This document shows positions 57,668 through 64,000 of a DNA stretch of 64,000 bases, piece after piece. The position numbers and the translations under genes were made by a program. Below the pieces are notes generated by a model. That model was not told the DNA's origin. It searched no databases and worked only from the letters and a program-made list of their open reading frames with translations. Position 1 is the first letter of the stretch. Each line of letters starts with the position of its first letter. This stretch comes from Thermodesulfobacteriota bacterium (GTDB taxonomy: Bacteria > Desulfobacterota > Desulfomonilia > UBA1062): NCBI GenBank assembly GCA_036825155.1, contig DAISYU010000002.1, forward strand, positions 3,914 to 67,913, read 5' to 3'.

Positions 57668-58723
57668 ATGATAGTGCTGCGATATGTCCTTAATTCTTTG
57701 ACCAGGGTATTCCTTGCCTCGGCGCTGGTACTCTATGGAGTGATGTTCATCGTCGAATGGATACGCATCGGGAAATTCGTCTCCATATCCGACATCGACA
57801 TCTTTTTCTTCGCCATGGTGCCCATGGCGATATTCGTGCTTCCCATGGCGCTGCTGTTCAGCGTCCTTCTGGTGCTCGAGAGACTTTCCACAGAATCGGA
57901 GATCATCGCCATGAAGGCATCCGGCGTGCATAATAGCACCCTCTACCTGCCCATTATCGTGTTGTCCTTTGTCTGTATGGCAGCACAAATGGCGGTATCG
58001 ACCTACCTCGGGCCGATCTCCATGGGGAAGATCCAGGAGAGGCTGATAGAAAAGGCACCGGAAAAAATCTATGCCTTCCTGAATGAACGGGAGTTCGATG
58101 ATACGTTCAAGGGCATCATCATCTATATCGAATCCATCAATCAGGTTCAAAGAGAGCTCAAGAACATCTTCATAGAAACAACCGGCAGTCAAGGGAGCGT
58201 TATCACGGCTGATACGGGAACCATCGATGTCAACCCCACAGGGATCATGATGAGGCTCAAAGGCGGCAGTATGTTCACGAACACCAAGACAGCCCTGAGG
58301 TATGTGACCTTTGATGAATATGTCTTTTCCATAGAGGCCAATTTCGGCAGGCAGCTAAGCATACGGACCCATGAATCGGCGACGCAGAGTCAGTTGAGGC
58401 AACTGATCAGGGAGAATCCAAGACCGAAGTGGATAAAGGAATACCACAACCGGTTTGCCTTTCCCGTCTTGAACATCATCCTTGGCCTTATCGGGATCAG
58501 CTTCGGGATTCAGCGGCCCAGATCCCCCCGGTTTACCGGATTTGTTGTGGGGATCTCCACAATACTGGGATACTATATGGCATTCATATTTGCAGACCGG
58601 GCCGTAAAAGGGGAACTCCTGGACCCTCTGATCGGCGCCTGGATGCCGAACATGGTCTTTAGTTTCGTGCTCATGGCCATCTGGTTATGGCGCAGGGCAG
58701 GTTTGTCTAAAGGAGGTTTCTGA
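57668..58723 (+). CDS. lptF: LPS export ABC transporter permease LptF (YjgP/YjgQ family)
   Basis: MIVLRYVLNSLTRVF N-terminus and 6 predicted TM segments. The ATG at 57668 is preferred over the TTG at 57662. Confidence 0.7.
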   Translation: MIVLRYVLNSLTRVFLASALVLYGVMFIVEWIRIGKFVSISDIDIFFFAMVPMAIFVLPMALLFSVLLVLERLSTESEIIAMKASGVHNSTLYLPIIVLSFVCMAAQMAVSTYLGPISMGKIQERLIEKAPEKIYAFLNEREFDDTFKGIIIYIESINQVQRELKNIFIETTGSQGSVITADTGTIDVNPTGIMMRLKGGSMFTNTKTALRYVTFDEYVFSIEANFGRQLSIRTHESATQSQLRQLIRENPRPKWIKEYHNRFAFPVLNIILGLIGISFGIQRPRSPRFTGFVVGISTILGYYMAFIFADRAVKGELLDPLIGAWMPNMVFSFVLMAIWLWRRAGLSKGGF

Positions 58724-59805
58724 TCATCTCTACCCTGGACAGATACATCTTCAAAAAATCGGCGTTCATGTGCATCGCCGCCTTGACTGGCCTCGTCCTG
58801 CTGATTCTGGTCTCGAGGTTCTTCGGGAACCTGTCTTCCTATGCGGAACACAACACCGATTTGTATACCATCCTCATGCACACATTGTTCTCAATTCCCC
58901 AGATAATGTACTGGGTTCTGCCCTTTTCGGTCTGCCTCGGCATCCTTGCAACCCAGGCGGCATTGTCCCGTCATGTTGAGGTTATCGCAATGCAGGCCTG
59001 TTCCGTTTCCACCTATCGGATATTCCTGCCCTATGTCATAGTGGGATTGCTTGCAACTCTCATCATGAGTGCACTGTCTTTCTATGTCTATCCTGTCGCC
59101 CAGAGAAATGCAGACAGGCTGGAAAACATCTACATCAAGAAGAGGGACATCGAGGGTTCATTCTCGGTCTCCGGTGGTAGATTCAAGGTGGGCGGCGATA
59201 TCTACTTTGTGGAACACCTGGATATTGAACGAGGGATAATGCAGAATATCACCTGCTACCGGATGACATCGGGCCGACTTACCTCAGTCATTCATGCTCA
59301 GGCCGCACGATGGAACGATGCAACCTGGAAAGCGGACGGGATCGAGGTTATCGATATGGGGGAGAAGGGCATCACTGTTGATCAGTCCGCAACAACTCTG
59401 CCGCTTGCACGGGGCCCAGCGGACCTCGTTATGGCCCAGACAGACCCGGAAGTGCTTTCCATTGACGATCTCAGACAGTATCTCAACCAGCTTGAGTTAA
59501 ACGGTATCGTCTCTCCGACAGTGGAGACAGTATTCCACAGCAGGATCAGCTTTACCATTTCCCCCTTCATCATGACCATTTTGGTCCTGCCGTTCGGCAT
59601 GAGATTTCCAAGGGCAGGCGGTATTGCCCGTGGTATATCCATCGGCCTGGTCCTGGGATTGTCGTACTGGTTCTTCCACTCGGGGATGACCAGTCTCGGC
59701 GCTTCCGGCATACTCGGGCCGATTCTTGCGTCATGGCTGGCTAACATTGTAGCCCTTTGCCTGGGTTTGATCCTCTTCTTTACAAGGAGGTCCACGTATG
59801 GCTGA
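58720..59805 (+). CDS. lptG: LPS export ABC transporter permease LptG (YjgP/YjgQ family); probable non-ATG start
   Basis: In-frame upstream of the first ATG (58768), the reading frame encodes LIISTLDRYIFKKSAF, which is the conserved LptG N-terminus. The only candidate start in this stretch is the CTG at 58720, overlapping the lptF TGA (CTGA). Confidence 0.6.
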   Translation: MIISTLDRYIFKKSAFMCIAALTGLVLLILVSRFFGNLSSYAEHNTDLYTILMHTLFSIPQIMYWVLPFSVCLGILATQAALSRHVEVIAMQACSVSTYRIFLPYVIVGLLATLIMSALSFYVYPVAQRNADRLENIYIKKRDIEGSFSVSGGRFKVGGDIYFVEHLDIERGIMQNITCYRMTSGRLTSVIHAQAARWNDATWKADGIEVIDMGEKGITVDQSATTLPLARGPADLVMAQTDPEVLSIDDLRQYLNQLELNGIVSPTVETVFHSRISFTISPFIMTILVLPFGMRFPRAGGIARGISIGLVLGLSYWFFHSGMTSLGASGILGPILASWLANIVALCLGLILFFTRRSTYG

Positions 59806-61138
59806 TGTGATCATCGTCGGTGCAGGACCGGCAGGGATCTTTGCCGCGCTGGAACTGTCGAAACGGTCTCCCGCTCTCGATATCGTCATCATAGAGCAGG
59901 GAAAGGACATAGATGAGCGGAGCAGAACAGGCTCGGAAATGGTCATCGGCTGGGGAGGGGCAGGGGCATACAGTGACGGGAAACTCACCATATCGACCGA
60001 TGTCGGCGGACAGCTCTCCAGTCTTCTCCCCGAAGATGAGCTCCTTAGTCTCCTGGAGGAAGTCGACGCCGTATATTCCGGCTACGAGTCGTCCGGCAAA
60101 GTCTTTTCCATAAACCATGACGATGCCGCCTCCATATCAGCCCAGGCCCGTCTGGCAGGCCTGGTATACGTCCCCACCAAGGTACGCCACATTGGAACGG
60201 AAAACTGTTACACCATCCTTAAGAACCTCCGAGAGACTCTCGGCAATAAAGTGAGGATGATCTTCAATACCCGGGCAGTGGATATCATAAAGCAGCAGGG
60301 AAGGGTCACCGGCGTCAGCCTCGAGGACGGCACCTCCATAGAAGCCCCGTTTGTCATTGCGGCTCCCGGAAGGGTCGGTTCCTCCTGGATGTCGAGGCAG
60401 GCAAAGAGACTCTGCCTGGAAACACGGCCGAATCCTGTTGATCTCGGTGTCCGTGTCGAGCTCCCCGCTGTCGTATTGAAAGAGCTGACAGACAAGGCAT
60501 ACGAGACAAAATTCATCTACTACTCCAGGACATTTGACGACCGGGTGCGGACCTTCTGTATGAATCCCTATGGCGAGGTGGTCAGGGAGACCCTCGGTGA
60601 TATCCTGACCGTCAACGGCCATTCCTGGGCAAACAAACGGACCGAGAACACCAACTTCGCAATCCTGGTGAGTGCCGATTTCACCGAACCCTTTGACGAT
60701 CCCATCGGGTACGGCGAATCCGTAGCCACCATGGCAAACATGCTCGGCAAGGGGGTCATAGTGCAGAGGCTCGGGGACCTTCTCGCCGGCAGGCGCACTA
60801 CTGCATCCAGGCTTTCCAAGTGCTCGACACTGCCCACACTGAAACAGGCGACTCCGGGTGACCTGAGCTATTGCCTGCCGTACAGGATCCTCACGGATAT
60901 CATCGAGATGCTTGGCTGCCTGGACAGGCTGGCTCCCGGCGTCAACTCGGCCCACACGCTCCTGTACGGTATCGAAGTGAAGTTCTATTCAAACCGCATC
61001 AGGCTTGACAAGGACCTGGAGACCCAGGTTGCAGGGCTCCATGTCATCGGTGACGGGGCCGGGATTACCAGGGGGCTTATCCAGGCAAGCTGCTCGGGAA
61101 TCATCGCCGCACGATCGGTACTCAAGAAGATCAATTAG
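59798..61138 (+). CDS. FAD-dependent oxidoreductase (uncharacterised NAD(FAD)-dependent dehydrogenase family)
   Basis: N-terminal Rossmann motif VIIVGAGPAGIFAA and 446 aa. It overlaps the lptG end by 8 nt. Confidence 0.6.
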   Translation: MADVIIVGAGPAGIFAALELSKRSPALDIVIIEQGKDIDERSRTGSEMVIGWGGAGAYSDGKLTISTDVGGQLSSLLPEDELLSLLEEVDAVYSGYESSGKVFSINHDDAASISAQARLAGLVYVPTKVRHIGTENCYTILKNLRETLGNKVRMIFNTRAVDIIKQQGRVTGVSLEDGTSIEAPFVIAAPGRVGSSWMSRQAKRLCLETRPNPVDLGVRVELPAVVLKELTDKAYETKFIYYSRTFDDRVRTFCMNPYGEVVRETLGDILTVNGHSWANKRTENTNFAILVSADFTEPFDDPIGYGESVATMANMLGKGVIVQRLGDLLAGRRTTASRLSKCSTLPTLKQATPGDLSYCLPYRILTDIIEMLGCLDRLAPGVNSAHTLLYGIEVKFYSNRIRLDKDLETQVAGLHVIGDGAGITRGLIQASCSGIIAARSVLKKIN

Positions 61139-61373
61139 ACCCTGCACGCGTTTTTCTCAGGCCAGGAGAATCAGGCTCAATACGTCGGTTATCCGCCGTG
61201 TTCCGGCACCACTCCCGCCGGGAGCGGGAACAGGCTTCCACACTCATGTTTATTCAGCCTGGAAGCATGTCTGATATAGTCAGTTTTGGTCATTTTTTAC
61301 TTGAATACAAAACTTTATTTATACTATCGTCTATGCGATTTTGAACACATATTGTGGAGAGAGGGAGAGAGTT

Positions 61374-64000
61374 ATGGCAAAGAAATATGTGTACCTCTTC
61401 GGAGGCAGGGGAATCAAAGCCGAAGGCAATGCAGACATGAAGGCCATCCTTGGAGGCAAAGGGGCGAACCTTGCCGAGATGACCAATCTCGGAATCCCGG
61501 TTCCACCGGGTTTCACCATTTCTACGGAGATGTGTTCCGTATACTACGAGACGAAAGGTCTGCCAAAAGATCTCAGAAACCAGGTAAAAGACGCGATCCG
61601 CAAGGTGGAAAAAGCAATGGGACTCGGATTCGGCGATCCGGAAGCCCCGTTGTTGTTTTCGGTACGTTCCGGCGCCAGGGCATCCATGCCCGGCATGATG
61701 GATACTGTGCTGAACCTCGGCATCAACGACGAAACCGTTCATGGTCTTATCAAACTCAGCGGCAATGAACGTTTCGCCTATGACTGCTACCGGCGATTTG
61801 TTCAGATGTATGCCGACGTGGTCATGGGTGCCGATGCCCAGGCCCTTGAGGAAGAGCTCGAGAATATGAAACACAGCAAGGGGGTCAAACTCGATACGGA
61901 ACTCGATGCCGATGATCTGAAGAAGCTTGTCGCCGTCATGAAGGACAAGGTCAAGGCCCTGACCGGCCAGCCGCTTCCTTCAGACCCCATGGAGCAGATC
62001 TGGGGCGGTATCGAGGCGGTATTCAGATCCTGGAATACCCCCCGGGCCATCACCTATAGAAAGCTCAATGACATCCCCTATGAATGGGGAACTGCCGTGA
62101 ATGTCCAGGCCATGGTATTCGGAAACATGGGAGATGGTTCGGCCACCGGTGTTGCCTTTACCCGGGACCCGGCAACCGGAGAGAATGTGTTCTACGGCGA
62201 ATATCTCCAGAATGCACAGGGAGAAGACGTGGTAGCAGGCATCAGGACCCCGATGCCCATCAATATCCAGGGCAAGCATGATGATTCCCAGCTCTCTCTG
62301 GAAGAGGTGATGAACGATCAGTACAAACAGCTCGTGGATGTGTACCAGACGCTGGAAAAGCATTACCGAGATATGCAGGATATAGAGTTTACCATCCAGG
62401 AAGGGAATCTCTGGATGCTGCAGACGAGGACCGGAAAACGTACGGCAGCCGCTGCTGTGAAAACCGCTGTGGACATGGTGGATGAAGGACTCATCACCAA
62501 AGAAGAGGCTGTCCTGAGAGTCGATCCCGAGCAGATAGACCAGCTTCTCCATCCCCAGATCGATCCTAATGCCGAAAAGCAGATTATCGGCAAGGGGCTT
62601 CCCGCTTCTCCCGGCGCTGCGGTAGGACGGGTTGTGTTCTCGGCTGAAGATGCTGAGGCCGAGGCTGCTAAAGGCGAAAAGGTGATCCTGGTCCGTATCG
62701 AGACCTCACCTGAAGATATCCACGGCATGAACGTGGCCGAAGGTGTTCTCACGGCCCGCGGCGGCATGACATCACATGCAGCGGTCGTGGCACGTGGAAT
62801 GGGTAAATGCTGTGTATCCGGATGCCAGACCCTGTCCATAGACTATGACAAACAGGTCTCCACCCTTGGCGGACAGAAGATCAAACGCGGCGATTATATA
62901 ACGCTGAACGGTACGACCGGCGATGTCATACTCGGCAAATGCCCGACGGTCGAGCCGTCTTTTTCCGGTGCTTTCGGGACCGTCATGGAATGGGCTGACG
63001 AGATCAGAAAGCTCGGGGTCAGGACCAATGCGGACACACCCCATGATTCCAAGGTTGCCCGTGACTTCGGCGCAGAAGGCATCGGCTTGTGCCGCACCGA
63101 GCACATGTTCTTTGAAGGGGACCGGATCCTGGCTGTACGTGAGATGATCCTGGCGGAAGACGAAGAAGGCAGAAGGACTGCGCTGGATAAGATCAAACCA
63201 ATGCAGCAGGGTGATTTCAAGGCGATCTTCGAGGTTATGGACGGTCTGCCCGTCACCATCAGACTTCTTGATCCTCCCTTGCATGAGTTCCTGCCGCACA
63301 CGGACGATGAAATCGCCGAGGTAGCTGAATCGCTGAAGAAACCGGCTGATGAAATAAAGGCGAAGCGCGACGCCCTCCACGAAGCCAACCCCATGCTCGG
63401 TCACCGCGGATGCAGACTCGGCATTACCTTCCCGGAGATCTACGAGATGCAGGTCAGGGCCATCATGGAGGCTGCATGCGAGGCATACGAGGAAGGGGTA
63501 AAGGTCGAGCCCGAGATCATGATTCCTCTGGTGGGACATGTGAAGGAACTCGAGATGTTGCGGACCATGACCGTTGCCGTGTCCGAAGAGATTATGAAGG
63601 CCCATGGGGTAACCCTGGAATACAAGGTGGGGACCATGATCGAGCTGCCGAGAGCTGCCCTGACAGCGGATGAGATAGCGGCGCAGGCCGAGTTCTTCTC
63701 ATTCGGCACCAACGACCTCACACAGACAACCTTCGGCCTTTCCCGTGATGATGCGGGCAAATTCCTGCCGGTCTATGTCGACAAGAAGATCCTGCCCAAG
63801 GACCCGTTCATGGCACTGGATCAGACAGGTGTCGGCGAACTGGTGAAGATCGGCGTCGAAAAGGGCAGGGCCACCAGAGAAAATCTGAAGGTGGGTATCT
63901 GCGGTGAGCATGGAGGAGAACCTTCATCCATTGATTTCTGCCACCGGGTCGGGCTGAACTATGTGAGCTGCTCACCGTATCGAGTGCCCATAGCCAGGCT
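61374..64000 (+). CDS. ppdK: pyruvate, phosphate dikinase (3' end beyond window)
   Basis: Manual translation from the ATG at 61374 gives MAKKYVYLFGGRGIKAEGNADMKAILGGKGANLAEM..., the PPDK N-terminus. Later it gives the phospho-His motif TARGGMTSHAAVVARGMGKCCV and FGTNDLTQ. Absent from the ORF track because it has no stop in the window. Confidence 0.9.
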   Translation, partial: MAKKYVYLFGGRGIKAEGNADMKAILGGKGANLAEMTNLGIPVPPGFTISTEMCSVYYETKGLPKDLRNQVKDAIRKVEKAMGLGFGDPEAPLLFSVRSGARASMPGMMDTVLNLGINDETVHGLIKLSGNERFAYDCYRRFVQMYADVVMGADAQALEEELENMKHSKGVKLDTELDADDLKKLVAVMKDKVKALTGQPLPSDPMEQIWGGIEAVFRSWNTPRAITYRKLNDIPYEWGTAVNVQAMVFGNMGDGSATGVAFTRDPATGENVFYGEYLQNAQGEDVVAGIRTPMPINIQGKHDDSQLSLEEVMNDQYKQLVDVYQTLEKHYRDMQDIEFTIQEGNLWMLQTRTGKRTAAAAVKTAVDMVDEGLITKEEAVLRVDPEQIDQLLHPQIDPNAEKQIIGKGLPASPGAAVGRVVFSAEDAEAEAAKGEKVILVRIETSPEDIHGMNVAEGVLTARGGMTSHAAVVARGMGKCCVSGCQTLSIDYDKQVSTLGGQKIKRGDYITLNGTTGDVILGKCPTVEPSFSGAFGTVMEWADEIRKLGVRTNADTPHDSKVARDFGAEGIGLCRTEHMFFEGDRILAVREMILAEDEEGRRTALDKIKPMQQGDFKAIFEVMDGLPVTIRLLDPPLHEFLPHTDDEIAEVAESLKKPADEIKAKRDALHEANPMLGHRGCRLGITFPEIYEMQVRAIMEAACEAYEEGVKVEPEIMIPLVGHVKELEMLRTMTVAVSEEIMKAHGVTLEYKVGTMIELPRAALTADEIAAQAEFFSFGTNDLTQTTFGLSRDDAGKFLPVYVDKKILPKDPFMALDQTGVGELVKIGVEKGRATRENLKVGICGEHGGEPSSIDFCHRVGLNYVSCSPYRVPIAR

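Noticed and set aside
60137-60955. 272-aa minus-strand ORF antisense to the FAD-dependent oxidoreductase. The same applies to the 62772-63605 and 61290-61874 minus-strand ORFs antisense to ppdK.
   Set aside because: GC-rich coding regions generate long antisense ORFs. The sense-strand genes have unambiguous Rossmann and PPDK motifs.

Overview
This 64-kb window looks chromosomal, probably from an anaerobic Gram-negative bacterium, possibly Desulfobacterota-like. That placement is inference only, based on nrdDG, ppdK, a sigma-54 activator, a TRAP transporter, many PAS hybrid kinases and roughly 52% GC by eye. The window is densely coding on both strands, with about 50 genes. Housekeeping content includes a plsC tail, tilS, mfd, two SurA/PpiC-type isomerases and uvrA. 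There is a conserved operon rpsP-KH-rimM-trmD-(SPOUT-like)-rplS-rnhB-yraN, followed by a Mut7-C RNase and a DHH phosphoesterase (NrnA-like). Further housekeeping genes are nrdD and nrdG, nfi, lptFG with an OmpA-like lipoprotein, a MoxR-DUF58-transglutaminase trio, and ppdK. ppdK runs off the 3' end and is absent from the ORF track. Accessory-looking content includes the following.
1. A translationally coupled ACP, ANL-ligase and PP-loop amidotransferase operon, flanked by a NadE-family PP-loop enzyme and a FAD-linked oxidase.
2. A protein-kinase-like small-molecule kinase operonic with a class-III aminotransferase-family enzyme.
3. An acetyl-CoA hydrolase/transferase fused to a GNAT domain.
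4. A TRAP dctPQM operon that carries an extra LivK-type binding protein.
5. A PAS/sigma-54 activator next to a MaoC dehydratase, two tandem Pct-like CoA-transferase paralogs and UspA, with a palindromic upstream element and a weak -24/-12 candidate.
6. A 36-bp perfect palindrome in front of a Cys-rich hypothetical gene upstream of nrdD.
7. A family of dispersed intergenic repeats at four loci.
I found no tRNA or rRNA genes, no CRISPR array and no transposase, integrase or other mobile-element gene. All functional calls come from motif reading of the translations. No database search was possible.
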